A stretch of 64,000 bases of DNA from Amoebidium appalachense (Eukaryota > Protista > Ichthyosporea). The DNA lies in the NCBI GenBank assembly GCA_963693365.1, contig CAVNZM010000013.1, positions 5,632,640 through 5,696,639 on the forward strand, given 5' to 3'. Positions 13,952-28,356 of this stretch are shown one piece after another. Position 1 is the first letter of the stretch, and each line of letters begins with the position of its first letter. Both the position numbers and the translations under genes were made by a program. The notes beneath the pieces are model-generated. The model was not told where the DNA came from. It ran no database searches and saw nothing but the letters and a program-made list of their open reading frames with translations.

Positions 13952-16585
13952 GGTTCCGAAGTTGGTAGGCACGTATACGTTGGGAGAAAACTGATGTTGG
14001 GTTTGTAAATGTATTGTGTGTGTATATATAACACTCCTGGTTGCAAAAAAAAATATATGATAACTAACAGAAAGTGGGGTGTGTGTATTGTAAAGACAGC
14101 TTAGGAGCGTAAATGCCAAGTAGTGTGAATTTCATGCAAACACACACAGGTGCATGTAAAATAGTACCAAATAAAAGTATAAATATCACAGACTGAGTGT
14201 TGCCGGACTCTATCACAGTAACAACTAAGGGGAATGGGACTAGGCACAATTGCAACCTGGCGGAAGTGTTTTTTCTTTTTTCTTTTTTTCTTTTTCTTTT
14301 TTTTTTTTTTTTTGTTTGGGGGGGGGGGGGGGGGGGGGGGGGGGGAGCGTTCAAATGTTATCTGCTATCGAAGTCAGCACCACCTCACTGCTTAAGCGCA
14401 AATGTTGTTTCAGAACATAACGCAAAAGACTGTTCTCGTAAGGAGATTTTGAAGGCTGTTTTATCCTGAATTCGTCGGCTGACGAGTGCTACGTAACCCA
14501 ATGGACTCGACAGGCTATCACGTAATGTCGGATGATATGCATGTGTCTTGACAAACGTGGCATAATGCACACGAACACGATCACAAACATTTGACAAATG
14601 CCCTTTCTTCTACAGTTCCATACACGTGTATATGGCGGCACCTCAAGCTTGATTCACACCAGAGCGCACTAAAAATGCATTTTTGGTTTTATCCTTTTTT
14701 TATTTTTGGGGGGAGGGGTACCTGCACTCAAAGAAATTCATGCCTTTTTTCCAGAATCCTAATGTGAGCCTTGTAACTTTCGTGTTACCGTCACTCCTTG
14801 CTTATTCGTGATATATCTGCTACGTAACCGAATGAGCAGGGTCCAGACAGCTACGTATGTACATACTACACTTCACTTCATATCTTCTTATTCCACAAAC
14901 ACAGTGACTATGATTCATGTCGGGGCAAGGGAGGAGGAGAGGAGGGGCGGGGGGGAATGGGAAGCGGGAGGGGGAGAGCCTGTCGGAGGAAGGTGGGGGG
15001 GGGGGAGAGAGAGAGAGAGAGGGGGGGGGGGGGGCAAAGGGGAAGGGTGGGGGGAGGGGGGAGGGGGGAAAGGGGGGGGGGGGGGAGGGGGGAAGGTGCT
15101 GTGGGGGGGAGGGGGGGGGGGGGGGGAGTGGGGAGGGGGGAGGGGTGTTGCAAGTGACCCGATACCGGTGAAATAAACAAAGAGCTCTAAATATACCGTA
15201 ATTCTTGAACCATCAAACAGCAAATTCAAACTTTAAACAATAAGTTATATAACGAAGAACCGTTTTAAACTTAAACGTGCTGCTTCAGCTGTTTCAGACG
15301 GCACAACTGGTTCATGGGACCTCACTCATGTGAGCCTCGTGTTGCTTGCCAATGATTTCCATAAACCCCTTCGCTTTCTCCCCCCCCCCCCCTTCCCCCC
15401 CCCGGGGGCCCTTTGCCCCTCCTCATCCCCTCCTAATCTCTGCCCGTACACCAGCACCAGACCCGGTGACCGCAATTTAGTTACACATGCTCATGCAATG
15501 ATTTTTTGCCCTCCACCCCAACCGTCCCCCCTCCCCCTCCCCCCACCCACCCACACACCCTATTCAATCTGTGGCCGTGCAAACAAGCAAACTCGAAGAC
15601 TGTAGCAACACTACGATTTCACTCTCCCTGTCTCATCCAAAGAAAACGACCACCCTAATCTGAGACATAATCATGTTCAGGGTCTCCACGAGTTGCTAAG
15701 TATCTTTTTTTTTTTTTTTTTTGGCTATGGGCAGTGACCAGCACACACATACACTACAACTCAAACGCAGCCCCCCCCCCCCCCCGGCCCCGGGCAGGCT
15801 TTCGCCCAAGTTCACATACACACATGTGTGTGCGCGCGCGGACACACGCACACGCATACGCGCGCACACGCGCACGCACGGGCGCACACGTGCACACGCT
15901 TACACACACACACACACTCACACACATACATGAGCACACGCACGCACACACGCACACGCACACACACACACTCGCACACACACACCCTCACTCACGTGTG
16001 CGTGTGTGCCCGTGTGAGATTCACCACCACCACTGTTCCAAAACGGATACCATAAACATCAACTTGTGGAAACCCACTACCTAAAAACCGGAACCAGTTC
16101 TATGCAAAGCGAGATTGTTCCTGGTTTTTCACCTACTAATATTGCCAGGCACCCTTATTAATAACACATAAACGGCTTTGGTGCACTTATATTATGCTTA
16201 CAATAATTAATGCTCACATCATGATCATATGCTTACGACTAGTGCTTTATTTGGTTTGCCAATGCCAAAAAAAAAAAACGGTTTGGTTTGATAAAAGACA
16301 CTCTGAGGCTACCATTGACAACATATAAACAAAAGCAAACTTTAAGTTGCGCTTGTGTCCAACCACAGGCAGCTGAATCAACCCACAGCCATGTACTATC
16401 TCATACGAGCAGAGCCTGCTCCTCCGGAGTCGGATACGTAAAGCTGTTCTCAAAAAAAAAAAAAAAAAAAAAAAAAAAAGAAAGAAAGAAGGACAGATCG
16501 TTTCCCTGACCCCCCCCCCCCCCCCTCCCCAATGGGGAAAAAAAAAAAAAAGAAAGAATACACATGACAGTCCTACCGCCACTAT

Positions 16586-18308
16586 CTACCAAACACGCGT
16601 ACAAGAGACCCATGTAATGTGGCCGGTAAGAAAGGTAAAAAGGTCTCGGTGGTCATAGCCCGGCCTGTCCGCGTATTCCTTGATCCCCTCGAGTAGTATG
16701 GCTGTATGGGGAAGGGAGGTGGGGGGGGAAAGGGGGTGTTATGCGGCATGTGTATGTATATTTGTGAGTGTATGTGGGTTGGGGTGTGTGTGTGTGTGTG
16801 GGCATGTGCGTGTGCTCGTGTATGTGCTCCCGAGTGCGCACGTGTGTTTGTGTGTATGTGTGCGCTTTGCAGATGCAATCGTGATTACATGTTCGTTTGA
16901 AATAAACTTTGCACCAGCTGAGTTAAAAAAAAAATATCTTTCTCACCCATTCTCTCCACCAAAAGCTCTCCACCACCCCCTCTCTCTATCTTCTCCCCCC
17001 CTTTCCCCTCCACGCCTCCCTCCCCCTCCCCTCCCCCCTCCCCCCCCCCCCCCCCCCCCCTTCTCCCCTTCCCCTCCCTCCCCCCCTCCCTCCCCCCTCT
17101 CCCTTGCCTCCCCTCCCTCCGTCCCTCCGTCCCTCCCCCCCCCCCCCCCTCTCCACCCTCCCTCCCCTCCCCCCCCCCCCCCCCCCCCCCTCTCCACTCC
17201 CTCCCTCCCCCCCCCCCTCTCCCCCCCTTCCCCATGCCCCCCTCCCCATCCCCTCCCTCCCTCCATCCCCCCCCCCCCCCTCCCCCCTCCTTCCCTTCCT
17301 CAGCTCCCGCCTCCATCCCTCCCCCCCTTCCCCTTCTCCTTCCCCCTCTCGTTCCCCTATTCTGGTGTGTGTGTTGCTTTGTGTGTGTGGGGGGGGGCTT
17401 GGCTGGTTTCCTGTGGGTGACCGGGTGCCCCTTGAGGTGGGGGGAGGGGTAGGGTGGGGAAGGAGGGAGGGGGGGGGGGGGGAGAATAACCTGGGGTGAT
17501 TTGGAGGTTCACCATTTTTGCGTGCAGACGAATAAAACGGTTGGAAAACCCAGGACACTTCTCATTCTCCATCGCAAAAAATGCCATGTCTCGTTTGCAG
17601 AGGGTGGCTGGGTGTGTTTGTGTGTGTGTGTGTGTGTTGGGGGGGGGGGGGGGGGGAAGTCGAGGTGGATGGAGAAAAGTAGTTGTGAAGAGGCACATGG
17701 GGTTGCATGGATGGAAGGGAGTGAGGAGGAATGGTCAGAGGTGTAGATAGCAACAATGTCGTCGATTATCCATTTTTTGCTTCCAAGAATGTGGGCAGGA
17801 CCATATATAGGCAAAGTCAATCATAGGTTGACGTTAAAATGACTTCACACCGGTTAAAAAAAAAAAAAAGACACATTCACACTAAGTGCTGAAGACATAT
17901 GTTGGGACTTTTCGGCATGACATCAATATTGCGTCAGATATGCACCATCTTAGCGTCAGAGTCTATGACTGGCTTTGCCTATATATGGCAAGAGCCCTTT
18001 TTCAGACACCAGCACGATTGCCATATACGATAAAATTAACAAACGTTGTTACTTTAGCAGACGTGCAACAAAAACCCACCCATACACACACAGAGAACCG
18101 CACGATCGCGAACAAGAAAAATGCTCCCACCCACAACCAGTGACTACAAAAAAAAAAAAGTCTTATGGTAGGCTTGTGGACACACACACAGCACTGGTTC
18201 TCATCCATGGTGCAGCCCCCCCCCCCCCCCCCCCCCCCACCTTCCTCCCCCTCCCCTCCCCCCTCCTTTCCTCCTCACCCCACCTCCCCACCTCTCTCTC
18301 TCTCTCCT

Positions 18309-18340
<32 letters not shown>

Positions 18341-19713
18341 CTCCCCCCCCCCCCCCCCCCCCCCCCCCAACCCGCCCGCCCCCTGGCCTCACCCCCTCCT
18401 TCCCCCTCCACACCCACCTGCAATCATCTGCAATAGCGCCTTGAGTTGAAGGTCTCCTCCGAACACCCCACAGCCCCATTGCCCTGCACACAAAACAACA
18501 AATCAGTCACCTACTTCAACCACACAGTCCCTCCTCCCTCCTCCCCCCCCCCCCCCCTCTCTCTCTCTCTCCCCCCCCCCCCCCCCTCCCCCTCTCTTCC
18601 CCGGGTGAAAGTAATGAGGGTAGGAGAGAGGGTGCAATGTGCCCATGTACAGTGTTATTGGACCTCTCTCTAAGAGGGTAAGGGGGATGAGTGAGGGGGG
18701 GGGGAGAAGAGGGGCTGGGCGGGGGGAGGAGGGGGGAGGAAGAGGGAAAGGAGGGGGAGGGCGGAGGCGGGTAGGGTGGGAGGGGGGGGGAGGAGAAGGG
18801 GACCGGGGGGGGGGGGGGGGGGGGGGGACGAGCATGAAACAACAGATTGACGAATTAGAAGCATACACAGGGTCGGGCAGCCGGGGTTCCCCCCTGGGGG
18901 TGGGGTGGGAGGGAGGGAGGTTGGGGGGGGGGGGGAAGGGAAATACCTGTTGCTGCAGCTGGAAGCGGCCCATTCTGAAAAGCTGCCAGCAGGGGATTGG
19001 AGAAGCCGCTTACTGCCTTGCTAAGCTCACGGAGTATAGACTGAGTATGCCAGAGTAAGAGGTGGAGTTGGGAGAACAGTGGCATACGTTTAGAAGAGAG
19101 GGAGGGAGGGGGGAGGGGAGGGGGAGGGGGGGGGGGGGGGTGTTCCGTGTGTGGGTAGGGGGCAGGGGGATGGAGAGAGAAGGGTGGAGGGGAAAGAGGG
19201 ATTTTTTGCTTTTCTTTCTTTTTTTTGTTGGGCGAGGGGGGGGGGGGCTGGATTGTTTCGAAGTCAAAAACAAGGGAGGGATGGAGCCGTAGTGAGGATT
19301 ACGGGGTGAGGGGTGGAGGTTTTTTTGGGGGGGGGAAGGGGGGGGGAGGGGGCTTGAGGATGGGTGGTGGATGAATGGTTGGGGGGGTTTTAGTGGGTGG
19401 TAGTAAAAATCTGACCCAAACGATGAGCGTAAAGGGTGATGGAGATGGATGGTGTATCTGTGTAGGTGTGGCATCTGCTCGACATATAAAACGAGAGGGG
19501 GTTATGTGGATTCTTTAGAGCGAAATTTTTGATATAATGAATCACCATTTCTGAATTTATTCGCTGTTAAGTTATTGATTCGTTCTCTTTTTTTTTTTTT
19601 TTTTTTTTTTTGTTGGTGTGTGTGGGGAAGGAGGGGGGGGGGGCGAGGTGGGTGGCAAGGGTAGAGGCAGGCATAGTGGACAGAAAGTGGGAAGAGAAAG
19701 GAAGTGTGTGTGA

Positions 19714-19750
<37 letters not shown>

Positions 19751-20259
19751 GGGGGGAGGGGGGAAGGGGGGAAGGGGATGGAGGAAGCACAAGCGGATTT
19801 ATTAATTCGTTCTTTTTTTTTTTTTTTTTTTTTTTTTGGTGTGTGTGGGGAAGGAGGGGGGAGGGCGAGGTGGGTGGCAAGGCTAGAGGCAGGCATAGTG
19901 GACAGAAAGTGGGAAGAGAAAGGAAGTGTGTGTGAGGAGGGGGGGGGGGGGGGGGAAGGGGGAAAGGGGATGGAGGAAGCACAAGCGGAAAGGGAAAAGT
20001 TACATTTAAAAAATTCACCCAATGATATGGTACGGTTACATGCGGACAAATTCATTGTCGATGTTGCCATCACGGTAAAATGCACCACAGGAGTAACTCG
20101 TTAAATCTCGTCAAATCAGGGGTTAGAGAAAAACACGTACGGTTAGACAAAACCCGAAATTCAATGGATCCCCACCTTCTCAGCCCATTGGCTCCCCCCT
20201 CTGCTGTAGTTTGTTGCGTCCATTGCGACCATTTGGGAATGCCGGCGACCCCACTCATC

Positions 20260-20313
<54 letters not shown>

Positions 20314-20339
20314 CGTGTGTGCGCGTGCGTGTGCATGTG

Positions 20340-20396
<57 letters not shown>

Positions 20397-20650
20397 ATGT
20401 GTGCGTGTACCTGTGTGTGCATGTGTGTGTGTTGTTTGTGCTTGTGTGCATGTACCTGTGTGCGCAACCACGTGTGCTTGTGTCAGATGAGCGGAAAGGG
20501 TGCACGGGAAGGATTGTCTGGTTGCGGGGTGTGTGCAGACTTGGCATTGCGTGCCCCCGAGTGTTGTGAAATCTGGAAAATGCACGCACGCGGCATGCCC
20601 TTATTCCGATCACTAGATCCAATAAAAAGACGAGCTGCTATCTTACCTAG

Positions 20651-20690
<40 letters not shown>

Positions 20691-20952
20691 ACACACACAC
20701 ACAGTCAGGGGGACAAAAAAAAAGAAAGAAAAGTACTATGCATGCACACACATCATAAGTCAAGAAACACAAGTACACATCTCGTGCATTCAGTGAGTGC
20801 ATAAGTTAGGTAGGGCTTGTGGTCTGACTCGTGCAACAATAAACACTTGTGGTGTACAGAGAGGTCTGGGGACAGAGGTTTTGAAGGTTTCTGGTATCTT
20901 GGGATAAGTGGGGGAGTGGGGGAAGGACGGGAAAATGTGTGTTTGTGTGTGT

Positions 20953-21041
<89 letters not shown>

Positions 21042-22616
21042 CACGTGTCTTTGTGAATGTGTATATGTCTGTCTGGTGTCTGCGTATTGGTTGGAGTGAA
21101 TACGTGTAACGTGGGTAGTGTGTGTGGATGATTCGACGGGAGGCTTATTTTATAAAAAGAGACGTGATGTTCAACGGCTTGTGTGTCTGTGTTATGATTG
21201 GAGGGGGAAGGGGGGGAGAAGGCTTAGAAAGAGAGATTGTGTGTGATGGGGGGAGGGTTTGGTAGAGGACACAATTTTGGGTGACGGGGGGAGGGGGGAG
21301 GGAGGTGGGGTAGGGGGGGGCCTGGGCGGGAGGGGAGGGGGGGGGGGGAGGGGGAGGGGGGTCCACACCTTGGAGTTGTGTCGTTTGCTGGGCCCGTGAA
21401 CTTGAAAGTGTTGCTGTAGCCATCATAGTTGGAGAAGCGCTCAGCACCAATCATATGCAACGTCTGCATAAAGTGGGGGCGTAGGGTGCGGGGGTTAATT
21501 AATAAGAGCAGGTTTTTTGCTTAAATGTTTTGTTTTGTTTTCTCTTCTTCTTCCTTTTTATTTTTTATTTTTTTTTATTTTTTTTTTTGGGGGGGGGGAG
21601 GGGGGGGGGGGGGGAAGGGTTGAAAAACATAACCAAGTTAATGTCCTCCTTGGTGTGTGTGGGTGGGCCGGGGGGGAGGGGGGGGGAGGGGGGGGGGGGG
21701 GGGGGGGTACAGGGCAACAGGGATGTATGCAGAACGGCCATGTTACAAATTGCAATGGAAAATGAAGGTACATGTGGGGAACATATGCGGCTTACTGGGG
21801 ATATGTACATGATCGAGAAATGGGGCAGGGGAAAATGACGAAGTGAGGAAGGCAAAATATTACCCCACTATTGCGCGGGGGGAAGGGAGGGGGGGGGGGG
21901 GGAGAAGGGGGGGGGGGGGGAGGCACCGGGGAAAAGGGCAGGGGGAGGGGAGGGGGGATTGTGGAGAGAGATGTGGGGGGATGGGGGGGGGGGGGTGGGG
22001 GGAAGGGTGTGTGTGTGGGGGGGTGGAGGGGGGGGGGGGGGGGGGGAGGGTATTGAGTGAACGGCTGAAAAAGAATAGTCGAAGAAAGAAAGGAGGATCG
22101 GATATGCTTGTCAAGATCGAGCGGGAATTTGTGGTAGTGTGGGTGGGAAATGCCTATGGGGATGGCCGTTTTGTGTGTAGTGGTGGTGGGTGGGTATGTG
22201 GGGGAATGGAGGGGGTGGGGGGTGGGAGGATCATAGGAATTTGTTTTTTTGGGGGGGGGGAGGGGCACCTCTTTGTCTCCCAGCTCAGCGCAAAAGAGCC
22301 GAGAGACCAGCAGCTCGGGATAGATCAGAAACAATATCTCCTCTTGAACGGCACCCTGAGAGGGGACGGGGGGGGGGGGGGGGTTGGGAGCGGGGGGAGG
22401 GGGAGGAGGGGGAGGAGGGGGAGGAGGGGGAGGAGGGGGAGGAAGGGGAGGGGGGGAGGGGGAGGAGGGGGGAGGAGGGGGAGGGGAGGGGGAGGAGGGG
22501 GAGGGGGGAGGGAGGGGGAGGGGGGGGTGAGGGGGGATGGAGGTTTGGTGAGATGAGATTGGGGGGATTGGTAGTTGGTGGTGGTTGTAGAGGAATGGAG
22601 GGGAGTGGGAAGGGTG

Positions 22617-22647
<31 letters not shown>

Positions 22648-23931
22648 AGGGGGGTGGGGAGAAGAAGGAATGGGTTGAGCGTGTCAATTTTAGAGTGTGA
22701 AATGTTAATTCGCAACCTACAACCTACATGACCTCCACCTTCTCGAAGTATGTCAGCCCCCCCCCCCCTCCCCCCCCCCCTTCCCCCCTACCTCCCCTCC
22801 TCTCCCCCCAGCTCCCCCAGCACACACACACACACCACCTCTGCTCCTAGGTGCTCACAACCACACCACTCACACTCTTTCCCCTAGTCCCAAATCGTTG
22901 CCGAATATTCGGCTGGTGCATAGGCAGTGGGGAGTTGATGGGTTAAGAAGGAACCAAGGGTATAAAGAAAGCATAAGGGAGGAAGAGGGGGACGAAAATT
23001 GGATTACGGGGGGTCCCGGAGGGTGGTGGTTGTGGTGGAGGAGTGAAAGATCTCTCTCTCTCTTTTTTTCTTGATAATTCTTCCCGGGGAGGGGGGGGAG
23101 GGGAGGGGGAGGGGGGGGGACAGGGCTGGTGGGGGTGGTGGACGTGGGGGGTGGGGGCAAGGGGGGGAAGGGGGGGAGGGGGGAAGCACACCTCTTCCAG
23201 GACTCCCCCACCGACAATTTTGTTTGCAAAGTCCACCTGTCCACCCAAATTCATTGTCTGTTAGTTCATGGAAACGACTGCTCCAATCCGTCCCCCCCTC
23301 CCTCGCCCCCCTCCCCCCTCCCCCCACCCCTTCCTCACCACCCTTTCTCCTTACCCCACCTTCCTCCCTTTCTCCTCCTTCCCCGGTGCCCATGCCCCCT
23401 TCCCCTCCACCCCCCACCCCCCCACCCCCTCCCCCCAACCAATTCCACGACCCCTCAGACATGGGCCCCCCTATGCCACGACTCCTCCCAAGCTCCTCCA
23501 CCCATTTCAGCTCGATCCCCCCCCCCCCCCCCCCCCCCCCATTATTCTCCCCCTCCTCCCCCTCCCCCCTCCCCCCCACCCCCTGCCCCCTCTCGGCCAT
23601 GCCGATCTAAACAATATGAAGTCTTTCTCACCCGAAACACAACAAAAACGTACTAATGGCATTTACTGTATTACTAATTATTAATAATGAGGGGGCGGAG
23701 GGGGAGGGGGGAGGGATGATGGGGGGGAGATGGGGGGGGGGGGGGGGGGGGGGGGGGGCTGAATCATAAAGAAGAGCATCGGTAGGTAGTGGGTTACAAC
23801 GTTGTCGTAGTCGGCAAAAGAGTTTTTTATTTTTATTTTTATTTTTTTTTGGGGGGGGGGAGGGGGGAGGGGGGAACAGTTCAGGACTCAAAAAAATTTC
23901 TTTTCTTTTCTTTTCTTTTTCTTTCTTTCTT

Positions 23932-23962
<31 letters not shown>

Positions 23963-24007
23963 GGGTGGGTGGGTGGGTTGGTGGTGGTGGTGGTGGTGGT
24001 GGTGGTG

Positions 24008-24043
<36 letters not shown>

Positions 24044-24851
24044 TGTTAATTTCAGGACTCGGGTGTTAGTGCGCTATACTAATCACTGCCTGTTAGTGTA
24101 CTAGCATAAAACTCAACAGAGAACTTAAATTAATATGAGTGTTTACCAATGAATTACCGTTTAATTATAGGCACGGGCGCCGGAATGTGATTGGTGTAAC
24201 ATGATAGGGGCCATACCATGAGAAAATCACGTCCCTCATCCTCGATCTTGCCTGCATCACAAAGACAAATCAGCAGAGCTCTAAAGCTTGCCCCCCTCCC
24301 CCCTTCCCCCCCCTCCCGGCCCCCCCTCCCCCCCCCCCCTCCCCCCCTTCCCCCCCCACCAAAAAAAAAAAAAAAAAAGGCCGTTTAACAAAACACACCG
24401 AACACATACGTATGAAAAGTGAGAAACAGGAAAAGAGCAGGTAGAATTTGAAACCACTTCATTTCGAAAAACCCTTCTCGCCGCGTTCTATCTCGACCAC
24501 GGGTGTGACAAGTGGCATATTCTCTTAGCCTATCTGTATCTATACCCCCCCCCCCCCCCCCCCCCCCCCCCTCCCCTCCCTTTCTGAAAACCCTACCCGA
24601 ACACAACAAAAAATAATCCACAACTTAAATGCAACACACCTGCATGCATTCCCACACTCAGTATGTGGTGTGTACGCCCACAGCACGCACACACGCATGC
24701 ACGCACACACACACACCTTGTGCTCTGACATCCACCATACACATGGGTGCATTCATACGGGCGTCCAGTTCACTTTGCGGTGGCATCCCAAGCCGCTGGA
24801 ATGTCAACACTCCACCAAGGTTGCCTTCTCTCACTGATGTTTTTTTTTTTT

Positions 24852-24894
<43 letters not shown>

Positions 24895-25129
24895 ATAATA
24901 TAGGTATTATGATTAGTGAGTGTGCATGGGTTGAAAGAGATGTCAACGGCATGCATATGGGAAAGGGATGTTACATATAGGCTTGGTGATGGTGGTGGTT
25001 GAGGGGGGAGGGGGGAGGGGAGGGGGGAAAGGGGGAGGTTAAAGTTCATGGGTGTGCACCTGTTTCATCCCACTTCTCGTCTGTGCGGTAAAGCCCCCCC
25101 CCCCCCCCCCCCCCTCCCCCCCCCCCACC

Positions 25130-25160
<31 letters not shown>

Positions 25161-25859
25161 ACCCACCACCACCACTACCACACACACCAAAAAAAAAAAA
25201 AAGCAAGCAAAAGTCATCTATAACCTCCAATTTATGTTTTGCCCTAGCAACGTTCAGCATTTTTCCTAACTCGAATCTTTGAATATGAAAATCCTAGCTT
25301 GAACCACAAATCACCACCAGTTCCAATCTTGTATTGCAGCTAGTCTTATAGACCCCTGATGATGACGTCATCACCCACCTCTTTCTGTGACGGTTTCAAA
25401 GTACTGCAGCAGGCAGAGCATCTTTTGGGTGCGCACTTGCGGACTACCCCGTCCATAGTACCAATTGTAGAGCGTCCCAAGGTTGATGCTGTGGGTGTGT
25501 ACATGCGGGAGGGGGGGGGGGGGGGGGGAGGTTAAGAGGTTTAACAACCAGAAATAAAATCATCCGCGGCACGAGGAAGGGAGGGGGGTACAGGGAGTCA
25601 GGAGGGATGGGAGAGAGGGGGAGGGGGGCTGAGTGGAGGGGGGTGGGACAGGGGCAAAAGAATACATGAGGTGTGAAGGAAAATTGACTGTCTGTGTTAC
25701 CAAAAACTATGTGCTCGTATCTTCCACCAGGGTACCAGACCCACAGTGCTCAACTACTGTAGAATCAGGACAACGTGGGGTTCTACACGTATCGCTTGCA
25801 TACATTCGCGCATACACGAATGCATACGCTTAGGTGCTTGCGTGCGCACATGAGAACGA

Positions 25860-25894
<35 letters not shown>

Positions 25895-27176
25895 ACACAC
25901 ACGCACACGCACATACACTTACCTGGGCATGTCTGGGCCCTGGTCTGGGAATGTGCAGAAAAATGCATTTGCCAAAAGACACGCTACCTGTCCGTTCCCA
26001 TTTTTTTTCAGCAGGGCAGCCGGCCCCCCTATCTCCCCCCCCCCTCCCCCCTCCCCCCCTCCCCCTACTCACCCCCCTCCGTATTACCCCCTCCCACACC
26101 TACACACACACTCTTGCAACCCCCCCCTCCCCCCCCCCCCCCTCCCCCCTCCCTGTCCCCCCTCCCCCCTCCTCCCTCCCCGGCACCTGATTAAAAAAGA
26201 CCATTTGCTGGAGCCCACATTACTTTGAAACCCTACGAATAATGTTGCCTTCCGAGACGGATACCGGCATGCAGGGAAAGACTATACTTAAGAACATATG
26301 AAATTTAGATAATCGCGCTATTTTTTTTATCTACAATAAAGCATATAGAACCTACCAAACCTGGTGATCCTTTGAGACCCCCCCCCCCCAACCACCACCA
26401 CCCCCACCGACAGGGAAACCTGGCCATAGCGCATGGGCAAATTTAAGAACATCCGAGGCTATGATCACCCAAAAATTTTAAATGATTGGACCCTATTCCT
26501 AAACGAACTCATTTTAACTTTTAATTTAGTCACCCCTTGTAAGCTGAGCCGGGTTGGAAGGGTACATGAAAGGGGAGGGGGAAAAGGTTGCAGCAATGAG
26601 CGGAGGGGAAGGGAGGGGATCGTAGAGGATGGGGCGGGGGGGGGGGGGGGGGGAGGGGACAGGGGGACGTTGCAAACCTGGTATGAGCTGATAGTGATGG
26701 CGTGTGGTCTGCTTTTTTTGAGCAGTGGGATGGGCTTGGTGCATGCAGTTGGGAGTTGGAGGGCTAGGCCGGCTATCTTGGGGAGTAGTTGGGCAAAGCG
26801 CTCACGGGTAGGTTCGTTGACCTGAATGATATAAACGGCAAAGAGTGAAAGTGGAAAGAGGTGGTAAAGGTAAGACAAGCAGGGGAGTGTAAAGAGGGGG
26901 TATTGCGTGTGTGTTTTTACTATTTGGGGGGGGGGGGGGGGGGGAGAAGGTTGTAGGTTTACTGTGTTGAGGTGTCATGGGGGTTAACTGCAAGGAGAAG
27001 GGTCCCAAAAGGGAGCGTGATTTTTCAAGTTCTTGTCGTATAACAATGCCAGGAATGGGTTGGTGTGTAAGGCTTGGTGGTGATGGTGGGTGCATATGTT
27101 TTTTTTTTTTTTTTTTTTTTTTTTTTGGGGGGGGGGGGGGGGGAGGGCAACAAATACAGGAAACGGTATGGTGCGT

Positions 27177-27208
<32 letters not shown>

Positions 27209-28231
27209 AGGGAGGGAAAGAGAAAACATGGAAGAAAAATGAAGACCAGCAGGGTGTAATTGACCGTGATGCTAAGGTGCTGAAGGTGGTCATGATAATT
27301 CTTCTTTTGAAGGAGCAGCCTTATAGTGCTAAAACTATATTTTAAAGTCACCGCTAGAATTCTTCGAGGGATAGACAGGGCATGCGCAGGGGGAGCGGGA
27401 GAGGGGTGAGGAGGCAGGGAGGGATGGGGAGGGGGAGGGGGGAGAGGGGTTCCGACTGGGAGTCACACGTTTGCACATAACATCATTGAATAAGTGCACA
27501 GCAATTATTTCAACCGTGAAGGAACCTTTTTGGCAGCATATCGTAATGAATAATCGTGAGGAAGCATGCCCACACATACCGATCTGTAGAAGGCATCCAA
27601 GTGATCCAAGGACATATATTTGGCCCCAGCACATGTCTTGATGCATCTCTGCGTAAAAATATCATAATCATCAATCCAAAAGAATAACAGTATCATGTAG
27701 AAAGTTATGACAATGGTCAAAACATGCTGCATGATATTATCACGGCATCATACCGCCTTTTCATTGTTAAATGCCCTACTGCTTATCATGTCGTATATAT
27801 CTTCTGCCTACCCAATTTCCTATCAGATCCAAAAGATCCATTTTCGTATATCACACTGTCTATCCAATAAGTCATATCCCAGAGGACGGTTGTAACACTA
27901 TCATCGAGCTCCCTATTGACTGCTCTGAAGTATTTGATACACAGAATGATTGGATCACACAGGCAACACATGGAGCTATCTGTTCATCAAAGAAAAAAGA
28001 GGGGGGGGGGGGGGGGGGAGAAGAGATCAAGGGAACGAAGTTTTTTTCGGGGGGTAGAGGGGAGGGGGAGGTGGTGGGGGGAGGGGGCCGGGAGGGGATG
28101 AGTGACGGGAAGAGGTGGGAGGTGAAGGGGGGGGGGAGGGGGGGGATGGGAGGGCGGGCTCTTTCCTCCGAAGTTTTTCTCGGGAGAATGGGGGATGGGG
28201 GGAAAGGGGATGGAAGGGGGGGGGGGGGGGG

Positions 28232-28294
<63 letters not shown>

Positions 28295-28306
28295 AGAGGG
28301 AGAGGG

Positions 28307-28356
<50 letters not shown>
